Positions 9,506-17,875 of a stretch of 64,000 bases of DNA are shown here, in pieces. The notes under the pieces are model-generated. The model saw only the letters and a program-made list of their open reading frames with translations, made no database searches and had not been told where the DNA came from. Location: assembly GCA_965223705.1 (NCBI GenBank), contig OZ245015.1, forward strand, positions 2,976,001-3,040,000. The letters run 5' to 3'. This DNA is from Myxococcota bacterium. GTDB lineage: Bacteria; Myxococcota_A; UBA9160; UBA6930. The position numbers and the translations under genes were made by a program. The stretch's first letter is position 1. Each line of letters begins with the position of its first letter.

Positions 9506-10252
9506 ATGCACATTCGTCAGATCGCCTTTGTCGCCGCCGAGCTCGAGCCGACGGTGCAGACACTTACGGACACCCTCGGCCTCGAGGTGGGCTTTCGCGA
9601 TCCGGGCATCGCAGAGTTCGGACTCGTCAACGCGCTGATGCCGGTCGGCGACACCTTTCTCGAAGTCGTCTCTCCCGACCGACCCGGAACCACGGCCGGC
9701 CGGTATCTGGAACGGCGCGGCGGCGACGGCGGCTACATGGTGATCGTGCAGACCGACGACATCGACCGCGATCGCGCGCGGATCGAAAAGCTCGGCGTTC
9801 GGGTCGTCTGGGAGGCTGTGCACGACGACATCGCGAGTTTCCACATGCATCCCGGGGACACCGGCGGCGCCATCACATCGCTCGATCAGCCGGTCCCGCC
9901 GTCGTCCTGGCGTTGGGGAGGCCCCCACTGGGCGGACCATCGGCGGACCGAGCGGGTCTCGGCGATCGTCGCGGCGGAACTCCAGTCGCCGAGCCCCGAA
10001 CGGCTCGCCCGCCGCTGGGCGGACCTCTTCGATCGACCGATCGAGGCCCGGGGCGAGAACTTCGCGATGCCCCTCGCGGCCGGGGAGATTCGCTTCGTAC
10101 GCGCGATGGACGGTCGCGGGGAGGGACTCGCGGCCATCGACCTGCGCGCGGCGGACCCCGACGCCGTTCTCGAGGCGGCGCGTGAGCGCGGCCTTCCGAC
10201 TCGCGAATCGAGTTTCGAAGCCTGCGGGGTACGAATTCAGCTCGTCGCTTGA
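9506..10252 (+). CDS. VOC/glyoxalase-like protein
   Basis: RQIAF...FGL.NAL...GDTFLEVVSP...AGRYL.RRGGDGGYM pattern. GGAGG RBS. Confidence 0.7.
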   Translation: MHIRQIAFVAAELEPTVQTLTDTLGLEVGFRDPGIAEFGLVNALMPVGDTFLEVVSPDRPGTTAGRYLERRGGDGGYMVIVQTDDIDRDRARIEKLGVRVVWEAVHDDIASFHMHPGDTGGAITSLDQPVPPSSWRWGGPHWADHRRTERVSAIVAAELQSPSPERLARRWADLFDRPIEARGENFAMPLAAGEIRFVRAMDGRGEGLAAIDLRAADPDAVLEAARERGLPTRESSFEACGVRIQLVA

Positions 10253-10319
10253 TCGACGTCCGAAGAAAGATGCAGAGAACGGGAGCGGACCTTGAGCCTC
10301 GCAGGGGCGTTGACGTCCG

Positions 10320-12149
10320 CTAGCGGTGGTTCGCCGGCGGAAGCCACGTCGCCCCGATCTTCACCGTGTAGGTGCTGGGGTCGTCGTTCATGTTTTCCCC
10401 CTGGTAGGGGCCAATCCGCGCGATCCCGCTTCCGTCGACGTGCGGTGACGCTCCTGGACAGCCCGCTACGGGTGTGTTGACTCCGGTGCAGAAGCGAATG
10501 TCATCCGGGGCGGCGGGCGTCCCGCCGTTGCACTTGTTGTCGCCCGTGTACTGGCAGACCATCCGAGGGTCCGAATCGTTGTTGCCGCTGGCGTAGGATA
10601 GGCCGTTCAGGTTCGCGATCCCGGCCGGCGCGTTCGGCGTGTTCGCGTTGACGTTGGCGGTCGTCGCGCCTCCGCAATCGATATAGGTGCCACCACCTCT
10701 GTGGCTCTCCCTGACGTAGCTCCCCAACCTGTCGTCGACAAACCAAATCGCGTTGTCGTCGATCGATCTGGGCTGGTTGTTGATGTGCGAATACCAGCGG
10801 ACCAAATAGTCGCCAACGTCGAGAAAAACGTTTCCGTCGTACTTGGCGTTTACGTTCTGTCGATGGTCAGTATTCGTCCGGTCGCATGAGGCTTCCGCAG
10901 TGTCGCCGTTTTGGAACCCTTGTCGGGCCCGATAAATGAGGTTGTAGCGGTAGGTCTGATCATCGGACCCGAAATTCGTCGTGTAGGCGGTAAAACGAGT
11001 TCCCGTTGTTTGACTCCAGTAGAGGTTCCTCTCCCACAGTCCGACATTCGCGTCCTCGTCGTGGCCCGCCCCCTGGAACTTCGAAACACCGATGTGGTCA
11101 TTGCAGGACGCGCCTCCATTCAGGACGTACATCTCGTTCCTGGCGAAAGTAAAGTCGTGGTTGTCCCTCTTCGGGAAAACGAAGTCCCAGCCATTATTCG
11201 TTTCCGTGGATGGATCGCAGACAGCGAACGTGTTGTTCGACACGTCCATACCCACACCATTGTACGAACGCACACCGGCCCAAGACTTGCTGGGTCGGTT
11301 GGGATTGACGCCCACCCGCGCGAAGTAGTTGTATTTCGCGGTCGCCCCGTCGGACACGCCGAAATAGACGGAAGAATCGTTTCCCGATCCCCTTGCGGTG
11401 TAGTCCGACTCGAGCGAGGAAGCGAAGTAGTTCCATTCGACCCGAATCGTCTTGTCCTGAGTACCGACTCCAGATCCCCAGGCCCAAAAACCAGCTCTCT
11501 CGATCGTGCCTCTTTCGCCAAATCGGAAGCCGTACCATTCTCCGGCGGCTCGGGCTCGAGAATCGTTCGTGTCGATCTCAGGAATGGGTCGGTCATTGCC
11601 TGAAATCAGCGCGGTCGCTTCAAAGGCCGCGTCGCTCCCTGCGTTGAGAGGAGCCGCGGGATAGCCGAAGTTCACCATGCCCTGCGTCGGGGATGTGCTG
11701 AGTAGCGGACCTTGATTCCAAGCGGTCGCGGCGCTGCGCCCATCGATGAGCGTGTAGTTGCTCGGGACCTTCTTCCAGCAAACCGTACGAACGCCGTTGC
11801 CCCACAAGTCGATCCAGTTCGCATTGCTTGCGGCGTTGATGCCGAGGAGCTGCTCGTTGTAGTCGTAGGGATCGTCGAAAGAGCCTGTGTTCGAGGTGCC
11901 TCCGTCGTCCGCCACCCAGGCGATGCTGGAAGGCGTGTCGTCCTCGCCATCCGTGGCGTCCTCGAGGCAGGTGGTGTCGTAGGAGGCCGGAAAGCCAGTC
12001 GCGGCAGCCCGCTCCACGACAGGAGGCGGCGGCGGCGCGCCCTGGGTAGCGAGCTGGGGACGGCCCGGGGGGCCAATCTGAGCGATTGCTCCCGCTCCGA
12101 TCAGGAGTCCTAGAGCGAGAACGGGAAATACGACCAAACGCGGCGTCAT
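10320..12149 (-). CDS. Secreted Asn/Gly/Thr-rich protein with a probable right-handed beta-helix
   Basis: GGAGGG RBS before ATG 12149, a signal peptide, a Pro-rich linker, periodic Asn-ladder motifs (EWNYF, KYNYF, SNNTF, ARNEM, ERNLY, RYNLI, DGNVF, DDNAI) and a Cys-rich C-terminus. Confidence 0.65.
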   Translation of the reverse strand: MTPRLVVFPVLALGLLIGAGAIAQIGPPGRPQLATQGAPPPPPVVERAAATGFPASYDTTCLEDATDGEDDTPSSIAWVADDGGTSNTGSFDDPYDYNEQLLGINAASNANWIDLWGNGVRTVCWKKVPSNYTLIDGRSAATAWNQGPLLSTSPTQGMVNFGYPAAPLNAGSDAAFEATALISGNDRPIPEIDTNDSRARAAGEWYGFRFGERGTIERAGFWAWGSGVGTQDKTIRVEWNYFASSLESDYTARGSGNDSSVYFGVSDGATAKYNYFARVGVNPNRPSKSWAGVRSYNGVGMDVSNNTFAVCDPSTETNNGWDFVFPKRDNHDFTFARNEMYVLNGGASCNDHIGVSKFQGAGHDEDANVGLWERNLYWSQTTGTRFTAYTTNFGSDDQTYRYNLIYRARQGFQNGDTAEASCDRTNTDHRQNVNAKYDGNVFLDVGDYLVRWYSHINNQPRSIDDNAIWFVDDRLGSYVRESHRGGGTYIDCGGATTANVNANTPNAPAGIANLNGLSYASGNNDSDPRMVCQYTGDNKCNGGTPAAPDDIRFCTGVNTPVAGCPGASPHVDGSGIARIGPYQGENMNDDPSTYTVKIGATWLPPANHR

Positions 12150-12365
12150 AATGCCCTCCGTGCGTGAGCCTCGCGCGAATAGATCGCATTCGTCGCGATT
12201 GAACTGCGTACGTCTCGTCACTACTTAGAAGGAACCTGAGGTCTCGAAGTTGCAGCTTTGACGCAGATCGGCGTCTAACGTCCCGAACCGCCACGGAAGA
12301 CCCCTCACCTGGGTTTCGCGCGGTTTAGCGCCCATCCGCGCGGTTTTCTTCGAGGCGTCGCGCGG

Positions 12366-12581
12366 TCAGCCCGCCGCCTGATCGTCCTCTGAGCCGTCCC
12401 GCCGCTTCCGCAACGAGCCGAGCAGCAGCGTGCCCAACCCGAGGAGAATCTCGTCGGCGAAGGGGATCATGTCAGGCACGACCAGATCGATGACGAACAG
12501 GCTCGCGACCAGGCCAAACAGCTGCGGGAAACGGAGACGTCCCGCGAAGCGCAGCAGCCACGGCAAGAGAATCGTGCGCAT
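12366..12581 (-). CDS. Small membrane protein (DUF6116-like)
   Basis: LRFPQLF...LF.IDL..PD.IPF.DE.LLGL pattern. Directly downstream of arsS. Confidence 0.65.
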   Translation of the reverse strand: MRTILLPWLLRFAGRLRFPQLFGLVASLFVIDLVVPDMIPFADEILLGLGTLLLGSLRKRRDGSEDDQAAG

Positions 12582-12587
12582 CGGAAC

Positions 12588-13550
12588 CTAGTTCGCGACC
12601 AGGGCGCCGCCGCAGCTCGAACCGGCCCCTGCCGTACAGCCGAAGCAGTGCGCTCCGGTCCCGATTGGCTGGCCCGCCAGTTCTCGCAAATCGTCGACGT
12701 CGAAGATGGTCCTTCGGCGGCCCGGGAATGGAATCTCGAGCATCTGATTGAAATCGCAATCCCAGAGCGAACCGTCGTAAGCGACGGAGACGAGCTCGCG
12801 ACACATCACTCCGGCGAGGGTCTCCGGGTTAAAGTGATTGATTAAGAGGCTCATATAAGCCTCGAATTCCCCGTCCCTCTCGAGCGAGTGAGCAAACCGG
12901 CTGATCGGCATGTTCGCGATTGCGATCAGCCGGTTGAAGCGGATCCCGAAGGCCCGATCGAGCTCTTCGCGGTAGGTCGCCTCGAGCTCGTCCTCGGCGG
13001 GCGGGAGACTCCCGCCTTGGGGGTTGTACACGAGGTCGAGGCTGAGCTCGGGGTCGCGGCCGTACCCCAGCCGATTGAGCGTCTTCAGCGCGTCGACGCT
13101 TCGCCCGAAGACGCCCTTTCCGCGCTGGCGCTCGACGTTTTCGAGGCTGTAGCACGGGAGGGACGCCACGATGGCGACGCCTTGGTCCGCGAGAAACTCC
13201 GCAGTGTCCTCCTGGCCGGGTTCGTAGAGCACCGTCAGGTTACACCGATCGATCACGCGCTTTCCGAGCTGGCGCGCGCCGCGGACCAAACGGCGAAACC
13301 GTGGATGGAGCTCCGGCGCGCCGCCGGTTACGTCGAGCGTCTCGACGCCGGAGCTGCTCGCGAGTAGTTCGAGGACGCGCTCGATTCCGCGAGCGTCCAT
13401 CGCCTCGGTTCGCTTGGGGCCGCTCTCCACATGACAGTGGTGGCACGCGAGGTTGCAGCGCTTCCCGATGTTGAGCTGCAGGGTTCGGACCCGACCTCGG
13501 ACAAGCTCGGGCAGACCCCGTTGCTCGAGTTCTCTGGCAAAGGCGTTCAA
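12588..13550 (-). CDS. arsS: ArsS-family radical SAM protein (arsenosugar-biosynthesis type)
   Basis: CNLACHHC (CxxxCxxC), TGGAPE, IDRCNL, ASLPCY, DCDFNQ and HCFGCTAGAGSSCGG. TTG 13550 overlaps the upstream stop; ATG 13571 is an alternative start. Confidence 0.88.
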   Translation of the reverse strand: MNAFARELEQRGLPELVRGRVRTLQLNIGKRCNLACHHCHVESGPKRTEAMDARGIERVLELLASSSGVETLDVTGGAPELHPRFRRLVRGARQLGKRVIDRCNLTVLYEPGQEDTAEFLADQGVAIVASLPCYSLENVERQRGKGVFGRSVDALKTLNRLGYGRDPELSLDLVYNPQGGSLPPAEDELEATYREELDRAFGIRFNRLIAIANMPISRFAHSLERDGEFEAYMSLLINHFNPETLAGVMCRELVSVAYDGSLWDCDFNQMLEIPFPGRRRTIFDVDDLRELAGQPIGTGAHCFGCTAGAGSSCGGALVAN

Positions 13551-14719
13551 CAGCAACCTTCGGGGCCGCATGCCGCACCCGGGTCGACGGTCGCTCGATA
13601 CTCGGCGCCTTTCGTCTCTCGGGGATCGCGGCGGGTGGTGCGACTGCAGTCAAATAGCGCTCGCTCGCCCTCGGGTATCGGGTCGCGTGGCGCGATCGAG
13701 ATCAAGTCGTCGCCGTAGGGCGAACTCGTCAGGATCTTGTGCGTCTTCGCGCAGACCGCGACGCGCTCGCCTCGCTCGAGGACATGGCCGTCGTCGTCTT
13801 CGACGCGCTTCCAGGGTCCGCGATACATCACGGCCTCGTTCGCCTCGTAGCAGGGTCCCTCCTTGCCTTTCGAAGCGGTCACGGTGACCGATCGGAACTC
13901 GATGCCCTCGACGACCGCGAAGGGTTCCTCGGCGAAGCTCTCGATCGCGATGCCGTAGAAACCCGCCGCCTCGAGCGACCGCAAGAAGCCGCGTTCCTCG
14001 AACGCGCCCGAAATGCATCCGCTCCACAGGGCGGGGTCGTTCTTCAAATGATCCGGAATCGGCTCGTCGCTCACGATGTCCGAAATCGCGATTCGTCCGC
14101 CGACGCGGAGAACGCGAAAGATCTCGCGGATGAGCGTCTCTTTGTCCTGCTCGCGGACCAGGTTCAACACGCAGTTCGACACGACGAGATCGACCGAAGC
14201 GTCGGGAATCATCGGATCGCGTCGGCGAAGCTCGTCGCACACGGCGGTCAAGGCATCGAGGTCGCGGCTGCTGGTTACGGGATTCGCGCGCAACCATTCA
14301 TCGACGCGGTCCATGTCGAGAGCGAGGTCCTGGATACGTCCACGCCGAAATTCGACGTTCGCGTAGCCGACGCGCTCAGCGACGACCGGTGCAGCGCCGC
14401 GCGCCAGCGCCAGCATTTCGTCGGTCATGTCGACGCCGATTACGCGACCTTTGGCGCCGACCACCTGGGACGCGATGAAGCAGATCTTGCCACCGCCACT
14501 TCCGAGGTCGAGAACGGTGTCGCCTTCGCGGGCGAAGCGCGAAGGATCGCCGCAACCGTAATCCCGCTCCAAGACGTCTTCTGGGATCACCTCGAGGTAG
14601 CGGGAGTCATAGTCCACGGGACAACAGAGGCTCGGTTCCTGGGCCCCGGCGGCGGCGCTGTAGCGCTGACGGACGGCGTCTTCCGCCGAAGCCGTGGGTG
14701 TGAGGTGCTCGCTGGTCAT
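13547..14719 (-). CDS. arsM: ArsM-like SAM-dependent arsenite methyltransferase
   Basis: LCCP, YGCGDP, DLGSGGG, SNCVLNL, WSGCISGA and C-terminal ACGPEGCC. GGAGG RBS before ATG 14719; coupled to arsS. Confidence 0.8.
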   Translation of the reverse strand: MTSEHLTPTASAEDAVRQRYSAAAGAQEPSLCCPVDYDSRYLEVIPEDVLERDYGCGDPSRFAREGDTVLDLGSGGGKICFIASQVVGAKGRVIGVDMTDEMLALARGAAPVVAERVGYANVEFRRGRIQDLALDMDRVDEWLRANPVTSSRDLDALTAVCDELRRRDPMIPDASVDLVVSNCVLNLVREQDKETLIREIFRVLRVGGRIAISDIVSDEPIPDHLKNDPALWSGCISGAFEERGFLRSLEAAGFYGIAIESFAEEPFAVVEGIEFRSVTVTASKGKEGPCYEANEAVMYRGPWKRVEDDDGHVLERGERVAVCAKTHKILTSSPYGDDLISIAPRDPIPEGERALFDCSRTTRRDPRETKGAEYRATVDPGAACGPEGCC

Positions 14720-14807
14720 GTGTTCCTCCGCGGCGGTCCGCTGAGAATACAGCGTCGCAGATTCCGCCGAGAAAGATACGCTCGGGGCCGGAGGAGGTTT
14801 CGCCAAA

Positions 14808-16019
14808 ATGGCCGATACAGCGAGCCCGCGACGCGCCCTGGTCTTGTCGGGAGGTGGCGCGCGGGGGGCCTATGAAGCAGGGGTACTCTCGTACGTGTTC
14901 GAACACGTCTTCCCCGAGTGCGGCCCCGACGGCGAGTTCGAGATCGCGAGCGGTACCTCCGTGGGCGCGATTCACGCGGCCTACACTACGGCGACGCGCG
15001 GGATGCCCGGCCCGGCGCGTGCGCGCGGACTCCTCGAAGCCTGGGAGTCGATGCGCCTCGCGGAGATGCTGACGCTGCGGGCCTCGGATTTGTGGCGCAT
15101 CCCCTTGCGCGTATTCGGGCTGCGGAGCGAGCGCGCCGTATCGGGACGCACGCTCGGAGGACTCGTCGACGTCTCGCGGCTCGAAGATCTCGTCACGGGA
15201 CGCATCCCCTGGGACCAACTTCGCGAACGCCTGGAGACCGACCGGGTCGCGCTGTGCGTTTCGTGCACGGAAGTCCGCAGCGGCCAGGTCGTGGTCTTCA
15301 TGGCGGGCCAACTCGCCCAGGAGGACGCCTGGGCCTTCGACCCGAACGCCCGGGCCGTGGCCGGCCGGGTCGACCCGCTCCACGTGCGGGCGTCGGCCGC
15401 GATCCCTTTCTTGTTCCCGGCCGTTCGAATCGGCGAGCGCTACTACGTCGATGGGGGGCTTCGGATGAATACGCCGCTCTCCCCGGCCCTGCGGCTGGGC
15501 GCGGACCGGGTCTTCGTCGTGTGCCTGAGGCACCCGCCGAGAGCCGACGAAGACCGGCCTGCGTACCCGGAATCCGCCGTGACCTCACCGGCTTTTCTGC
15601 TGGGCAAGGTGATGAACGCCTTGACACTCGACCAGCTCGAATACGACCTGAAGCGCCTCGAGTTGGTCAACAACATGATCACGCAGGGAGAAGCGGTCTA
15701 CGGCGCCGATTTTCTCGAGCGCATGAACGTCGCGGTCCGCGCCCAGCGCGGGGCCGGCTACCGCCCCGTCGACGCCGAGGCGCTGCGCCCGAGCGAGGAT
15801 TTGGGGGCGCTGGCCGCGGCTTGCTTCGAGCGGGAATCCGCCTCGATGGGCACGGTGGCCCGGTGGCTCGGGCGCGTAACGATCCACGAAGGCGGCCGGG
15901 AGGCCGATCTGCTCTCCTACCTCCTGTTCGATCGCTGCTACACGCGCCGGTTGATCGAGCTCGGTCGCGAAGACGCCGCCGCACGCGCGGATGCGATCCG
16001 GAACCTGCTCGAGACTTGA
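14808..16019 (+). CDS. Patatin-like phospholipase
   Basis: GGGARG oxyanion motif, GTSVG nucleophile, ASAAIP and DGG. Confidence 0.92.
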   Translation: MADTASPRRALVLSGGGARGAYEAGVLSYVFEHVFPECGPDGEFEIASGTSVGAIHAAYTTATRGMPGPARARGLLEAWESMRLAEMLTLRASDLWRIPLRVFGLRSERAVSGRTLGGLVDVSRLEDLVTGRIPWDQLRERLETDRVALCVSCTEVRSGQVVVFMAGQLAQEDAWAFDPNARAVAGRVDPLHVRASAAIPFLFPAVRIGERYYVDGGLRMNTPLSPALRLGADRVFVVCLRHPPRADEDRPAYPESAVTSPAFLLGKVMNALTLDQLEYDLKRLELVNNMITQGEAVYGADFLERMNVAVRAQRGAGYRPVDAEALRPSEDLGALAAACFERESASMGTVARWLGRVTIHEGGREADLLSYLLFDRCYTRRLIELGREDAAARADAIRNLLET

Positions 16020-16066
16020 CCGGCTGCCGTCGTTGCGGCGAAGCTTCGGCTCGAGGAGCCACCGTT

Positions 16067-17875
16067 TTGGGAGATACAGCGATCCCGGCAGGCCCGCAGC
16101 CGGCGTGCGATCCGCGCGATGTCATCCACCCCGCCGCGACTCCGCCGCGGGAAGATGATCTCGAAGCGACCTCGGTCTGGGGTTTTCGCGACAGCGCTTT
16201 CTCGGTCAACGCCCGCGGCCACGTGGAATTCTCGGGCGATCGCTACGCCATCGCCGGGCAAGAGCTGACGGAGCTTCTCCCCTGGATGGCGAAGACCCTA
16301 AAGGTCGATCTCGATCCCGCAGACCGATTCCCGCGCGCATCGAGCCAGCCGGTTCCCGACCCGCGAGCGTCCTCCGAGCTGTTGGCCGAGTTCGCGAAAG
16401 CCCTCTCGCCCGAACGGGTCTGCGTCTCTCCCGAGCGCCGGTTGCGCTGCTCTCATGGGCACACCCAAGACGAGATTTTCGCCTTGCATACCGGCGGGTT
16501 GAAGAGAATCGTCGACGTGGTGGTCGAGCCCGCGTCCCGCGCGGAGATCGCCGCCGTGCTCGAGCTTTCGCGAGAACACAACGCGTGCGTCGTGCCCTAC
16601 GGCGGCGGGACGAACGTCACGCTGGCGCTCGCTCCGCCACCCGGTGAAGCACGGACCTGGGTCGCGCTCGATCTCCGTCGCATGAATCGCGTTCGCTGGA
16701 TCGATCCGCGCAACCGCCTGGCGTGCATCGAGGCCGGCGCCGTGGGCCGTACGCTCCAAGCGACGCTTGCCGAGCACGGATTCACGTTGGGACACGAGCC
16801 CGACAGCATCGAGTTCTCCACGCTCGGCGGGTGGATCGCGACCGCAGCCAGCGGCATGAAGAAAAACCGTTATGGGAACATCGAGGACCTCGTCGTCGAC
16901 GTCGAAGCGGTGACGCCGAGCGGCACTCTCGGGCGTGCGCGGTCCGCGCCGCGTGAGTCCGTGGGAAACGATCCGGCGAATTGGCTGATCGGGTCCGAGG
17001 GCTCCCTCGGCGTCATCACCTGCGCTGTGGTGAAACTCTTTCCCCTGCCCGAGGTGAAGCGCTACGCCTCCGTCGTCTTCCGGGATTTCGGAAGCGGGCT
17101 GGGCTTCATCGAAGCCTTAAACGCCGAGGGCGACCTTCCCGCGAGCGTGCGACTCGTCGACAACCTGCAGTTCCAGTTCAGCCAAGCGCTGCGTCCGCAA
17201 AGCCACGGCTGGCGAGCCCGCAAGCGACAACTCGAGCGCTGGTTCGTCACCCGGGTGAAAGGATTCGAACCGGATCGAATGACCGCCTGCACCCTGGTGT
17301 ACGAAGGCAGCGCCTCGCACGTGAGGCACCAGGAGAAGCGTGTAGCCCGTCTGACGCGACAGTTCGGCGGTCTCGCCGGGGGCGCCGAAAACGGCGAACG
17401 GGGCTACCAGCTGACGTTCAGCATCGCGTACATCCGCGACTTCGCCCTGCAGCACTTCATTCTGGGCGAGTCGTTCGAAACATCGGTCGCGTGGAGCGAT
17501 CTCGAAAAGCTCTGCGAGAACGTGAAGCAGCGGCTCTACGCCGAACACGACAAGCGGGGCCTACCGGGCCGCCCGTTCGTGACGTGCCGGGTGACGCAGC
17601 TCTACGACACCGGGGTGTGCGTCTACTTTTACTTCGCGTTCCATTTTCAAGGTGTCACGCAACCTTCCGAATTATTTGCTGAAATTGAACGAGCGGCGAG
17701 GGATGAGATTCTCGCCAGCGGGGGCTCGCTCTCCCATCACCACGGCATCGGAAAACTTCGAGCCGGCTTTCTCGATCGGGTCTTTTCGGGCGCCGCGCTG
17801 AGATTTCGGCGTGAGCTCAAACATCAAATCGATCCCGAGAATCTGCTCGGTGCGGGGAACCAAGGGCTCTCGTGA
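16067..17875 (+). CDS. Alkyl-dihydroxyacetonephosphate synthase (AGPS)-like FAD oxidoreductase
   Basis: WGFRDS, PYGGGTNV, GHEPDSIEFSTLGGW, ASGMKKNRYGNIED, GESFETS, CRVTQLYDTG.CVYFYF and GGSLSHHHGIGK. GAGGAG lies 8 nt before TTG 16067. Confidence 0.9.
   Translation: MGDTAIPAGPQPACDPRDVIHPAATPPREDDLEATSVWGFRDSAFSVNARGHVEFSGDRYAIAGQELTELLPWMAKTLKVDLDPADRFPRASSQPVPDPRASSELLAEFAKALSPERVCVSPERRLRCSHGHTQDEIFALHTGGLKRIVDVVVEPASRAEIAAVLELSREHNACVVPYGGGTNVTLALAPPPGEARTWVALDLRRMNRVRWIDPRNRLACIEAGAVGRTLQATLAEHGFTLGHEPDSIEFSTLGGWIATAASGMKKNRYGNIEDLVVDVEAVTPSGTLGRARSAPRESVGNDPANWLIGSEGSLGVITCAVVKLFPLPEVKRYASVVFRDFGSGLGFIEALNAEGDLPASVRLVDNLQFQFSQALRPQSHGWRARKRQLERWFVTRVKGFEPDRMTACTLVYEGSASHVRHQEKRVARLTRQFGGLAGGAENGERGYQLTFSIAYIRDFALQHFILGESFETSVAWSDLEKLCENVKQRLYAEHDKRGLPGRPFVTCRVTQLYDTGVCVYFYFAFHFQGVTQPSELFAEIERAARDEILASGGSLSHHHGIGKLRAGFLDRVFSGAALRFRRELKHQIDPENLLGAGNQGLS

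Noticed and set aside
12588..12620. Possible selenocysteine in the ArsS C-terminal SS(C/U)GG motif
   Set aside because: The codon is TGC (Cys); there is no in-frame TGA.
14918..16066. 985-aa ORF suggesting a long N-terminal extension of AGPS
   Set aside because: The first ~380 codons overlap the patatin gene in another frame and are Arg/Pro-rich noise. A GAGGAG RBS with TTG at 16067 gives a normal-length AGPS.
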